Below, in pieces: positions 50,907 to 63,995 of a DNA stretch of 64,000 nucleotides. The DNA comes from Carcharhinus longimanus (taxonomy: Eukaryota): assembly GCA_030264375.1 (NCBI GenBank), contig JASCQW010000148.1, positions 20,247,622-20,311,621 of the forward strand. Direction: 5' to 3'. The position numbers were made by a program, and so were the translations under genes. Below the pieces are notes generated by a model. That model made no database searches, was not told where the DNA came from, and saw nothing but the letters and a program-made list of their open reading frames with translations. The number at the start of each line of letters is the position of its first letter. Positions within the stretch are counted from its first letter, which is position 1.

Positions 50907-51547
50907 CTGTCCGTGCAGACAGAATGAGAGGAGGAAGAAACAAATTTGGACCAATGTACAAGCGGGACCGAGCCTTAAAACAACAAAAGAAAGCCCTGAT
51001 ACGAGCAAATGGCTTTAAGCTAGAGACTGTTCCTCAAATGGTGTCATCGGGACAGACTGACTATCCACACTCAACTGCCATGCATAATATACATTCTGTG
51101 TCCAAAGGCATGCCATCTAACCCAACCACTTTACCAGCTACAGATTATGATAGAAACCTATATGGAGCGCCATCAATCGGCATGTCTGTGCCAAACCATG
51201 GAGCACTGCCAAACTATCAGTACACATCGTTTCATAACCGGACAATCAAGTCTGAATACCCAGACCACTACGCAAATTCACCAGAATCTCTGGCTGGCTA
51301 CCCCTATCCAGATACCTATCAATCCAATTCTCCTACAGTCCCACAGCTGATTCTAGAGCTCTTACGGTGTGAACCTGATGAACTTCAAGTCCAAACTAAG
51401 ATTTTGACATATCTACAACAGGAACAGGCCAATAGGGGAAAACATGAAAAGCTTAGCACATTTGGCCTCATGTGCAAAATGGCTGACCAGACCCTCTTTT
51501 CCATAGTTGAATGGGCACGCAGTTGTATATTCTTCAGAGAACTTAAG
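50907..51547 (+). CDS. nr5a1: NR5A1-like FTZ-F1 box, hinge and LBD helices 1-3 exon
   Basis: Acceptor gctttcttaactAG, donor AAG|GTAAGA, 641 bp, phase-compatible with the previous exon (G|CT=Ala). Encodes [29 protein letters not shown]...FKLE...[11 protein letters not shown]...[33 protein letters not shown]. Confidence 0.95.
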
Positions 51548-52246
51548 GTAAGACAATCTTCAACTTGATGAGTGTAAGTTGTTGCTGAGGAAGTAATCAA
51601 TCATGCTATTTTGCTCTTGACTAATTATATTGAGCACTGTTTCTTACATTTTCTACATTTACTGATTCTTCAACGAGCAAATATTATACAACAGGGTTCC
51701 AGTTGGCAGGGCTGTATCACCCCCTGTATTGATGACTGCTGTTTACAGTTCTCCAATATCATGCCAGCGGACAGCATGATTTGATTGGAGTCAGACTGTG
51801 TCGATTATCCTGTCAGAGATATGAAAATGTTGTCTTCCTGCAGTCTCATTTGACCTTTTACAGAGGTTGGAGTGGCAGCCATTTGGAACAGTGGTTCTAA
51901 CTCACAGGTTTTTGGTTAAAGGTCAGATACTGAATCACCTAAGCAACTGGGCCACTGCAAGTCTCCTCGAACATGATGATGTTTAAATGTTCTGCAACTG
52001 AAAACTTTGTGCTTCATTTGAGATAATGACTGAGACAGTTTTGAATGTTTCCTTTTCTTATTTCATTTCAGGAAATGATTATCATTGAATCCTAAATATT
52101 CCTTAAAGTACTATTTGGCCTTCCGGAAAAACAATAATTTTAAAACCATTGGGCACCAATGTAAAATATACAAAGAAGTGGACTTTAAAAGCAAGATGTG
52201 TTGTTAGCATCAAAATTTAACTGATCACGTATTAAAATACTTTATA

Positions 52247-52307
52247 TTCTTGGAAAATATACTTCATATGCTTGGAAAATATATTTCTGATTCTTGGAAA
52301 ATATACT
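52247..52307 (+). repeat. 22-bp period triple repeat
   Basis: cttggaaaatata at 52249, 52271 and 52293. Confidence 0.85.
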
Positions 52308-55172
52308 ACAAATCAAAGAGTTTTGGCTATTCTGGTATCCTGTTACTGATTGAAGAGATTTTCTTGTTCATAGAAACTGAAGTGTGGAATCTTCACTTTC
52401 ATTTAATGAGTTAACCAGGTCAGCCAAGATCTACTAATGGTTCCATTCTCGATCATTCCTTTTATTTTCTTCAGATGACTATTTGAAAAACTATTTCAGG
52501 TCACTTTTTGTGTAACTTGGAAAATGAGTTGCCAAGCTGCCAAGAGGCATGGGAATGAAGACATTAGCTGATATTTATTTGCACATGTGAAGAATCAGAT
52601 TTAGAGATCGTCATTACAGCAGAATAATAAAAGATACAAACTGATATCTCAAAGCAAATATCAGGCATTTCCAAAAAGATAGTGTCATTATTTCAATACG
52701 TTCCAATACGTAACAAGATACTTTGAACGTTTTTAGCCTTGGTACATGCTATCTAAAAATTGGTTTTGGCTTAAATTCTTAGAAACTGAAACTGGTAGTT
52801 GTTATTCACAGATACAATAGTGTAGTGACTATTGTTCTATAGTTTGTTTACTTTTCTCTGAGTCCACACCGTGGCTTAACTAATCAAGCACAGTGAGCAT
52901 CCAAAGTAAACAGACCCACATAATCAAGTACAGAACAATTGAACACTACAGTAATTGCATTACTGGATTACTTTCCAGAGGCTTGAACTAATAACCCAGG
53001 GAGTCAAGTATCATCACACAAATTTGAACTGAACTGTAAACAATTTGAATTTTTGTTTAAAATCAGTAAAAATGAGGGCATGGTTACGATGGGCCAAATG
53101 ACGTCCCATTGTGCTGTAATCCCTGCAGACACAGGGAGAACAGGTAAACTTCGCACAGTCAGTCACCTGAAGCAGTGTTAACCACTTTGCTACCCTAATA
53201 AGATCAAACAAAATTTGACACTAAGCCACAAGGAGATGACCAAAACTTGGTCAAAGGGATAGGGCTATAGGAAGTTACAGAGGTCGGGAGAAATGAGGCC
53301 ACTGAAGGATTTGAAAGCAAGGATGATAGTATAAAATTGAGGCACAGCCAGACAGGAATCCATTCCACGTTAGCGAACAGGACATTATGTAACTTTGGGT
53401 ACAAGTGGCAGCATTTTAAAAGGTTGATGGAGGGTAGTAAGGTGAGAGATCGGCCAGGACAGCACTGAAATTGTCAAGTCTGCAGGTGACAAAGGCGTGG
53501 ATGAGAGTTTCAGCAGCAGATGAGCTGAGGCAGTGTGAGGACAGATGCCATTATGAAGATGGATGTAATCTAATTAAACTACTATAGTTTAAGTAGTGGT
53601 AGACTTCAGTTCTTAAATTGAATGCTACCACTACCTTCCTTAAGCAACTAAGGACTGCAATAACCGCACGCCTTAAGGTGATGCCACATCTCAAGAATAA
53701 ATATTTAACAAAGAAAGGAACCCAACTAATTCAGCAGGCAAGAGGGAATTTTCAAAGATTCATTTGTGATTTAAACTGGTTAAAGTTTAACTAAACCAAT
53801 GCACACTACTCAATTTTTCAAAGCTGCTGAAAATCCCTGTCACTTTTCCCACTGTCAAGACATTCTACCTTATTTTCTGTTAAATATAAAAATAACTACA
53901 ACAGATGAATCAGACACGTTTCCTACCTTTTTCTAATTCCCAAATGATGACTTCTTCCTAATGTTAGCTCTTTGGCTCAAGTGTTAGCCGTCACTGCTCC
54001 CATCTTCCCCGCAGCATCAAAATAATCATGTTCCATGGTACAATATATTTTATTTAAGCGTGTTCCTCTGATCATGTTGAATCTGATACGCTGGGCTTGT
54101 CAATACTCTATAAGCCAATTCTTCCACAGCTTCACCATTTAGGATCCCCAATGAACGCGCCAAACTTTCACAATAGGCTGCTCACCATTGTAGAGCTAAT
54201 GAGTTTTAAAAACGTTCCTTCACGTTTGTCCTGTGTGGTTACCATGGCAAGGTAGTAAAAGGAAATCTGACTGAAATTAGATTACTTTAGAGAAATGAAC
54301 CCAAATTGTCCTTGTAATTTTCTTCATTGTTTGTTTCCTGGCAATACTCTGAATATGGCAACTGTTGCAGGTAAATTCATTTAACAGCAGCTGGCTGGAA
54401 GTTAATGTGTTGCTGGGGCAAATCACTGAGATTGTTTCAAAGTCTAAAGTGGAGACAACAAAGCTGAAGAACAATCAAAGTGACAAAATAATCTTACCTA
54501 TCTCCTTTTGGATAATGATTTAAAATACATCACTTGTCAAAGGATAGGCATCGATGCAATAACTAGTGGTGTGAAGCATGGTGTCAAGTGAAAAACGTAA
54601 TTGAAAGATGTCATATTGAGAAATTATAGTTGAGAAAATTCTATCTGCAATCTTTGGGAGAAAATCAATACTGTCATATAAGGGCCACATTAGCAGTGGA
54701 CAGAGCAGCAAGGTCACCTCCATGTTTGTCAGATTCTACTTGCAGCTCAAGTTGTTGCTATCCTTCATCAAACCTCTTGATAAAGAACTATAGCTGGAAA
54801 TTTAATCTTGGCAGCTGTGGAAATTCGCTTTAAAATAAATAACTCCAACATAAACAACGGTGACAGGAAGTAATATTTTCACAATGGACTTTTGTAGAGA
54901 TGCCCTATTTAAAAAGCGATATGATTGTACAAAGTTAATTTTGGTAACTAGGTAAGTGAGATAATCTAAACAATGGTGAAACTAGGCTCTGTACTCCATT
55001 TCCCCTATTCTACTTGACTGTTGCACTGTGATAACTATATTTCAATGCCTCTGTTTCCTGAATTAAAATGAGCACCTACTCTTTTAGGGGAATCTCAACT
55101 AAAATAAAATACTTAAGTGTATCCTGTACTGTGCAAAAGATAACTCAGTACTTTATTCTTCCAGTAAGAAGT

Positions 55173-56790
55173 GGGGTGGAATTTTATGACCTCATCGTGC
55201 CTGTTTTTGCAGCGGGAAAATTTGTAACATTAGGTGTGATGTGACTTGGGGGAACAGCGCCCATTCCCATTTTACCAAGAATAAAAATTCAGCACCATCA
55301 GGAGCCTGCCCAAAATGGGCAAAATGTCAATTTGCATTTTTTTGCATTCATCCCAATGTAATTAGTGAGCTTCACTCCCAATCGTCCCAGCTCACCTGTC
55401 TTAACCACCTCATTTGCTGCAGTCGGATGGGGCAGGAATGCACCTCATATATAAAAGTCACATTCAGGTGCTTGAGAAGGTGAACAAAGAGGTAAGTCTC
55501 TGTGTTCAAACTGCTCTGACCTGCTCAGCAGGGTTGTTTTGTGGCAGTTATGTTGTGTTTCAGTTGGGGGGGAGAGCTGCAAGTATCTGGGGGATGGGGG
55601 GGCTGTTGTTTTTGCTTACAGGGTCCAACTTCAGACCCTCAGCATGGACCGGGGTCAGAGCACTGACTCTGGGTCCTAGTGCAGGTAGCAGCAAGCATTG
55701 CTGCAGATGGGGGATGGGCAGGAAATTCTCTGAAGTGGCAGTATTGCAGCCTCAGGACTTGTCAAGCAGCACTGTCTGTGGCTAATACTGCATGTGTGTT
55801 TGTGAGGGGGAATGGAGGGGGCTACGTTGCCATTCTGGGATCTGTGGGGTGGCGTGGGGATTGTGTTGCTGGGGGTCAATGGGGAACAGGGAATGTATAT
55901 TGCTGGTGCACTGTGGGATGGGTGAATGGAGGGTCTGTGTTGCCGGGGTGATGTTGAGCAGAGTTCTTTAACCTCTCTGTCTATCTCTCCCCTTCCTTAA
56001 ATGCCCACTCCCCCCTTCAGATTGACGATAGCTTTTGTGATGCAACCCATTGATCTTGCTGTTCTTTTGGTTGCTGCTGGAGCTAAGGAGGAGGAGCAGG
56101 AGGGTGAATTGCAGATAGAGGAGGCCCAGGCCTTACCACTTGCAGGAGGAGAGGGAGATGGCCACCGGATGCAGGATGTGGCCACCATTCGCCCTGAGAG
56201 GGGTGGCGGGCAGGAGGAGGAGGGAGTGGAGGCCCCAGCAGTTCCGCACATGAGTGTCCTTCATACAACTGTTGGACAACGCGTGCTGCTGATGAATCCG
56301 GCTCCAGAAAGAGACAGTGCAACACCTGTGCCATTTGCTGCAGGACCTGGCACCTCAGGAGGGGGAGGGGAAGGGGAGGCATCCACTGCCGATGGCTGTG
56401 AAAGTGACGGTTGCCTTAACCATTTATGCCACTGGGTCCTCTGTGGCACTTCCCAACCATCCATCCACAAGTGTGTGAAGGAGGACACAGATGCCCTCTA
56501 TGCCCAGGCTGGCCAGTATATTAAATTTGACCTGGACCAGGCCCAGTAGGAAGCCTGCAGGATTTGCAGCCATCACGGGGATACCAAATGTGCAGGAGGC
56601 TATAGACTGCACCCACATCACCCTCAAGGCCCTGGTGAAGAATCCAGCAAGATTTATGAACAGAAAGGGCTTCTATTCAATAAGTGCGCAGTTGGTGTGT
56701 GACCATCAGCTGGATATCATGCATGTCTGCGCCAGACACCCCTTCGGCATACACGACAGCTTCATATTGGGGAGCTCCAATTCGGTATGG
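55173..56790 (+). mobile_element. Harbinger/PIF transposon with disrupted HARBI1-like DDE transposase
   Basis: 5' TIR-like ggggtggaattttat. GFAAITGIPNVQEAIDCTHI...NRKGFYSISAQLVCDH...ARHPFGIHDSFIL, with frameshifts, a stop at 56547-49 and 3' truncation. Confidence 0.88.
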
Positions 56791-57011
56791 TGATGAAAAA
56801 ACATTCGTCAAACCAGTAAAGTGATTTGAACAAACATTTTAAGATTGGTCTAAATGATGTAGTGTTTCTATGCTGCAGCATTCTATGATGCTATGGCTCT
56901 ATGTCACATGGACTTACCATGGTGGTTGGTTTTCATGCTGTCTTGTGTCAGGAGAACCCAACAATGATTCAGGCGTAGGTTTGTCCATGTGAATCCCGCA
57001 AGACATTCATT

Positions 57012-57137
57012 TGCTGGAATTTTACCACCTTGCCGACCTGAGGCTCATAAGATCCCGCCCAAGGCCGCTGGAGAACACTGTTTTATGAGCCTTACCTGCC
57101 CCAATTCTGGGGCGGGCCTGTCAGTAAAATTCCGGCC
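57012..57137 (-). mobile_element. Harbinger-type MITE (same family as 7783-7909)
   Basis: gctggaattttacc ... gtaaaattccggcc TIRs. Confidence 0.75.
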
Positions 57138-58059
57138 ATAATCTTGAAAAATCATCAAGAGAGACAGTGGGTGGAAAATGAGCCACATTGTTCTAGGCAA
57201 ATTGGAAAAATCAGAGGCCCAGTCAATTCTGAATACAATTGTATGGACGTGAGATGGATTATTCTCCCTTCGTGTCAAACTAGGTGAAGAGTTTTATTTC
57301 AGGGTAAACAGCAAAAAACACTTCAAACTTTCTTCTGTCACTAAGTTGTCAGCCTGCCAAAGAAAGGCCATTGAGGTAGAGTGTGGAAAGCGAAAATGAC
57401 ATTGAGGCAATACTGACATTTGAATTCTGTTACATCTTTGCGTTGGCTGCATGTAACACTAACTCATGATGAGTTTAATGCTATCACTGCCTGCAGTATG
57501 TTTGGTGCCAATATGCCATTACTCTATCTCTTAACTTACCAATCGTACCAAATAACTCTTTGGTGGTAGTTTTATGCTGGATAGATATAGCTTTATGTAG
57601 GTTGTTATTTAGTTATTTTCATTATTTTATGCATTGTGACTTGTAAGGGTATTGAGTGCAGCTTTAACTTTGCATATTCTTCAAGCCTGGCATTGTGACT
57701 GGGATGTTACAGATCCATTATGTTGCAACATGTTGAAAAGACACAGCTAAAAATCGGTATGTGGAAAATATCCCTGTTGGATGTTGGCTTTATATGAGGC
57801 AATAATGAAAAGATTCTCACTTCAAACCATCCAGAATGAATAAATTGTTTCTTATTTTATCAGTCAAGGTAATTGAGGAATCAGAGGTTTTGCCAGACAT
57901 AAAATATTGTAAACATAATTTATTTTCCTTATGATTTAAGTTGAAATAACCGAATGAAACCTTGCTGAATTCTGGGGTTAAATATCAGATATATTGTTCA
58001 AGGTGATTGTCAAAACATTCTCATTGTCAAACCAGCCATCTAAATACTGTGTATACAAA

Positions 58060-58480
58060 AGCACGGTCTGGGAGTTCTGCGGTGAGTAACTCACCTCCTG
58101 ACTCCCCAAAATATGTCCACCATCTACAAGATATAAGTCAGGAAGGTGATGGAATACACTCCATTTGCCTGGACAAGTGGAGCTCCAACAACAAGAAGCT
58201 CGGTACCATCCATGACAAAGCAACCCACTTTATTGGCATCTTTTCCTGCACCTTTAGCATTAATTTCCTCCATCACTGACACACAATGGCAGCAGTGAAT
58301 ACTATCTACAAGATGCACTGTAGCAACTCATCAAGGCCTCTTCAACAACCCCTGCTGCGTAACTGGTAACTCTCTTCCAAACAGTGCCATGTGGATGTAT
58401 CTACACGACACGGACTGCAGCAGGAAGGCAGCTCACCACCACCACCTTATAAAGGATGGACAATAAATGCTGGCCTAGCA
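58060..58480 (+). mobile_element. CR1-group LINE 3' fragment
   Basis: gtaactcacctcctgactcccc...gatggaatacactcca...caataaatgctggcc. Same family as 46640-47200. Confidence 0.8.
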
Positions 58481-59734
58481 TTGAACATGGCTCACCCTTT
58501 GATATAATATCACATTTTTTTGTGACCGTCTCATTTGCTCTGAGATGACAAGATGGCTTAGTGGAAGAATATCATCACTGTGCTAAATCTGCTTTCTACC
58601 TCATTTTTATATTTGTATGTTACATTTGAGCTGTGATTTTGTGCCTATGTTCATCATATGGCAAAATACCGCAAGATTTAAAAAGTATCTCCCCAGCGTG
58701 AATTTGTTTTTTGATTTCCCCCACGCCTCATTGGTAACATTGCAAGATTCCTGCCCAGGAAGGTCAGGAACCTCATTTCAATACATTTAAATAGAATCAG
58801 TGAGCTTCACCGTTGTATCGCCTTCCCACACATTAGGATTTTGTCACATCAGTGAGGTTTGCAACTGCTTTTTNNNNNNNNNNNNNNNNNNNNNNNNNNN
58901 NNNNNNNNNNNNNNNNNNNNNNNNNNNNNNNNNNNNNNNNNNNNNNNNNNNNNNNNNNNNNNNNNNNNNNNNNGTCACATCAGTGAGGTGTGCAACTGCT
59001 TTTTAAAAACGGGAACCAGGCGAACGGAACACGCCAGGGACGCAAAGGTAAGTTCAGCCCCAAGGGGGAGAGGGACATGCCTGGGGAGTACCCTGGCATT
59101 GCCCCCTGGGTCAGGGGGCAGTGCCAGTGGTGGAGTTCTATTGGGTGGATCCCCCTTCTTGGTTGGGGGCAGGCTCGTTGGTCCCCCATGTGTGCGTGTG
59201 GGGGTTTTTGCTGTGTTGGCTATTGGATACTGGGGCATTCTTTAAAAATGGGGCCCTGATCCTGGGATTCCCGGCTGCTGATTTTTATTTTCCAGCCCCA
59301 CCCTGCCAGCGTAACAGCCTGAGCTGCACTTCCAGATTTATTCTGCACCAGAATGCTGGATTATCTGGAGAGCAAAGCCTGAGAGCTGCACACCAGTTTC
59401 CTTGCATCAGCTGGCACTCTGCGTAGAGAATGGAAAATTCCTCACTTGGTTTTTTAAGTTTAACAATTCTCACTTGTTTGGCTCAACTAATTCTAGGAAA
59501 TTATCAAGGATAAATCCTCGAGAATTGCATTCAGTTTGGTTCACTTTAACCTGAATTATGTTGATCTGCTCAATTGATCTGTATAGCTTGAAGCAGTTGC
59601 CATGTGATCCGCATATCACCTGAAGGGTAAAGCTCTTATAATCAAAAGGTAAAACATTTTAAAAGCTTACATTGAAGCTTTATCCAGCAAACTGTTTTTT
59701 TTTGGCTTGACAGTATTTCTGTCTTTATAGACTT

Positions 59735-60003
59735 CATAGAATCTACAGTGCGGAAGGAGGCCATTGAGCCCATTAAATCTGCACCGACAACAATCCCACC
59801 CAGGCCGTATCCCCGTCACCCCATGTATTTAGTTTCCTAATCCCCCTGACACTAACGGGCAATTTAGCATGGCCAAATCAATGTAATCCGCACATCTTTG
59901 GAGTGTGGGAGGAAACCCAAAGCACCCGATGGAAACCCACACAGTCACCCGAGGCCAGAATTGAACCTTGGTCACTGGTGCTGTGAGGCAGGAGTGCTAA
60001 CTA
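59735..60003 (-). mobile_element. HE1-type SINE
   Basis: catagaatctacagtgcggaaggaggcc...caatttagcatggcc...gctgtgaggcaggagtgctaac. Confidence 0.85.
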
Positions 60004-63000
60004 CTGATTTGATTTTTTATTGTTTCATGTATTAGTATACAATGAAAAGTATTTTTTCTTGCGCACTATACAGACAAAGCATACCGTTCATAGAGAAGGA
60101 AATGAGAGAGTGCGGAATGTAGTGTTACCCCCCCTCCCCCCCCCGTACATCCCACCCCCCTGCTCTCCTGGCAGCAGAGGGGGCGAACAATGGGAATCCA
60201 CGTCAACAGTGAGGGGACAGGAAGATCTCACCATCAGCCAATGGTGGACCACCATCCCTGCCGCAAAATGCATCGGGGGGATGGGGGGGCTCAGAAATGC
60301 TGCCAAATGATCTGGGTCAGGAGTCACATGTAGGCCAGACTGGGTTAGGACAACAGGTCTCCTTCCCTTCAGGATGTCAGTGAATCAGATGGGTCTTAAC
60401 AACAACATTGGTAGGTTTTTCTGGTCACCGTTACTGCTTTCAATTCCCGATTTTATCCATTGGATTTAAGTTCCACCAGGAATTCAAACTCATGGGTAAT
60501 GGCTAATGGAATGCTGGCTCCTATTCCAAGGAGGGGTTGGAGTGTAGAAGTAAAGAGGTCTTGTTGCAACTGTACAAGGTACTAGTGAGGCCACATTTAG
60601 AATACTGTGAGCAGTTCTGGTCCCTTATTTAAGGAAAGATATATTATGATTGGAGGCGGTACAGAGGAGGTTTACTCGGATAAGAACATAAGAAATAGGA
60701 GCAGGAGTAGGCCATCTAGCCCTTCGAGCCTGCCCCGCCATTCAATAAGATCATNNNNNNNNNNNNNNNNNNNNNNNNNNNNNNNNNNNNNNNNNNNNNN
60801 NNNNNNNNNNNNNNNNNNNNNNNNNNNNNNNNNNNNNNNNNNNNNNNNNNNNNNTTCAATGTCTTTTAAAAACTCTTGACTATATTTTTTGACAGCCTGT
60901 GGTAGTATGGCCCCATTTTAAAATGTATTCTTTCCAGTCAATTTTTGACAGTGCCTTTTTCAACCCTGTGACCTGTGTTTAAAGATGATCAATCCTGGTC
61001 TCATTCTCTATTGACAAGTGAGCAATCAAGCCTTAGGAGCACTTGAGAGCAGTCCAGTTGAACAAATGGTCACACGAGGTAATTTGTTTTAAAAATGGGA
61101 AATAAATGCAGTTTAACATATAGCATGTATTCGAGGGTGGGGACAGAATGAACTCACTCAGGGATTTAGGCATAATTTCTAACTAGTGAAACCTCCTATG
61201 CTGAGATTAAAAGAATGTTTACTTCCTGCCATTCTTCTTAAACACTTTCAAGGATGTTTGATAGGCACATACATTTTGTACCTTGTGATCTTTATTCCAC
61301 ACATAAAGGTGAGGCAGATTGGAATCTTAAATTATCTTCACAAATGAAGCAGCAACTGTAATTTTTTAAAATTTCTGTTTTTTTTATAGTCTTATAGATC
61401 ACTAAGCTTCAGAGAAAGGAATGGATCTCATATTGGACTTTATCTTGCTGTAAAAATAACGGTTGTATTAACAGCACAAACTGTTATGAATGTGCAACTC
61501 AAAGTTACAAATCTTCAGAATTTACAGTTGATTCATGTCAGTTCGTTGCTTGCCCAGTCTCCCTGTTGCCTTTAAGAGCTTGCTTANNNNNNNNNNCTAA
61601 TTGTCCATTAAATTTGCTGCAGGAATTTAAGTCTGGTATCCACGTAAAGACATTTTTAATAATGATGTATTACCAATCAATCTCTTCAGCCCAGAAAAGG
61701 AACAATTTAAATTCTGAAGTCTCGTTCCTTCAGGTTAAAAATTGTTCTTGGACATCTTACAAAAATTATAAATTTTTACATTTTTCGTACTTTTTCTTAA
61801 TTTTTCTCTCTCTTAATCCATTCTTTCTCTTCGCTTTGTTTCTCTTTGCCCAATTCAGGAATGCAGATAAAATCCAGCAATTAATGTTCACAGATTAATG
61901 ATAATAAATTTTGATCTGGATCAAGGGCTTTTTTTTTAGTTTGATTAGTTACTGTAATCCATCCCCTTTTTATTTTAAATGTATTTACCTCATTATTCAT
62001 CTCATCATTCAATATCATATCTATCTGTTCTATCTCACTAGTAATTATTTAACATAGTACTTCAGCCATCTCTCTGCGGTGTTCTCCTGTCCATTCCTTA
62101 ATAGTTCAGTTCCCATCATGGCCTTGTTTTTTCAATTCATGTGCCTGCAAAATACTTTGCTATTTTTGTTTTATGTACCTTGATAATTTAATTTCATAGT
62201 TCCTCTTTGTCCTCCCAATTTTTTTTTTACTTTTCTCCTAATGTTTTTGCATTTTCTTTCATCGTGCACTCCTCTACTGTTTGTCTGCTTAACATCTGCC
62301 TCTTTCCTGAACCTCAGTTGTTTTCATATGATATTCATTCATGGAATTCTGGCAACTACTGTTTATTATGTTCTTTCCTTTTGGGGAATATATTTTTCCT
62401 ACACTCTATCAAATACCATTTTAAATGTTTTCCATTGTTGTTCTATATCACTGTTTCTCTATATTGTTGTCCATTTTGTTTTACCAAGTTCTATTCTCAG
62501 CCTCTCAAAATCAGCATTCTCCAATCTATTAACATGTTTTCATTATACTTACATCCTTCACTGACATTATCTTAAAGAATATTATCTAATGATCACTATT
62601 GCCTAGATGTTCCCCTCATTTTACTACTTGCCTGTTCTGCTTCATTCCCTTTACCAGATCCAATAGGGAATCTTCCCTTCTTATTGGGCTAGAAAGGAGT
62701 GTTGTACATGTGACTCCATTTTCCCTTATTCTTTTGGCCAATTAATATCAGAATAATTGAAATTCCCTAATATTATTCTATGACCATAATTATATGCCCC
62801 CTCCCCCTCCACCCCCCTGCCCCAGCTGGTGGGCTGCCTCCACTGCAGCAAAACATGCCATGGGGGCCACGTGGAAAATCCAGCTATCATTCCAAGTCCA
62901 GATGGTGTGTGGTTTGGAGGGGATCTCGCAGGTGTTGGTATAACTTCACGGGGGGGTGGATATATAGTACAAAATATTCTAACGCTGCACCCCTTGGGTG

Positions 63001-63199
63001 AAGGGTAATAATTAGCACTGACGTGGGAAACCTAATTTACCAAATGCTGTTTCCTGGACAAAAGGTCAAACTTATTTAAAATGAAGACTTTGATTTCAGC
63101 ATTAATGTTTAAAAAAGAAACTGATATTACACAGGAAAGCATTCTCATGGGGAAAATAGTCTATGGGAGACAGTTGTTACACTCTGAAAATTTAGATAC

Positions 63200-63995
63200 T
63201 TTAAGCTGGATTTACCTACATGGTAACATTTGTGCCACACAAATGCCAGACAATGACCATCACCAATAAGAGACATTCTAATTATCNNNNNNNNNNATCC
63301 TTTGACATTCAATAGTGTTACCATCCCTGAATCCCCCACTATCAACATTTGTAGGCTTACCATTGACCAGAAACTCAACTGGACTCGCCAGATGAACACA
63401 GTGGCTACAAGAACAGGTCAGAGGCTAGAAATAATGCGGTGAATAACTCACCTCCTGACTCCCTAAAGCCTGTCCTCCATTTACAATGCACAAGTCAGGA
63501 GTGTGATGGAATACTCTCCATTTGCCTGGATTGATGCGGCTCCAACAACACTCAATAAACGCAACACCATCCAGAACAAAACAGCCTGCTTGATTGGCAC
63601 CACATCCACTGTCTCCACCGTCAATGTTCAGTAGCAGCAGTGAGTACCATCTGTAAGATACACTGCAGCCGATCACCAAAGATCCTTAGACAGCACCTTC
63701 CAAACCCACAACTACTTCCATCTAGAAGGACAAGGGCAGCAGATAAATGGGAACACCATCACCTGCAAGTTCCTTTCCTNNNNNACTCACCATCCTGACT
63801 TGGAAATATATCGCCGTTCCTTCACAGTCACTGGGTCAAAATCCTGGAATTCCCTCCCTAACGGCATTGTGGGTTAACCCACAACACGTGGGCTGCAGCG
63901 ATTCAAGAGGCCACACACCACCACCTTCTCAAGGGCAACTGAGGATGGGCAATAAATGCTGGCCAGCCAGCGATGCTCAAGTCCCATGAATGAAT
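63200..63995 (+). mobile_element. CR1-group LINE 3' end
   Basis: attgaccagaaactcaactggac, gtgtgatggaatactctcc, ttggaaatatatcgccgttcc, tail gatgggcaataaatgctggcc...cccatgaatgaa. Confidence 0.85.

Noticed and set aside
56001-56793. Domesticated HARBI1 gene
   Set aside because: Frameshifts, an in-frame stop and 3' truncation indicate a dead transposon copy.
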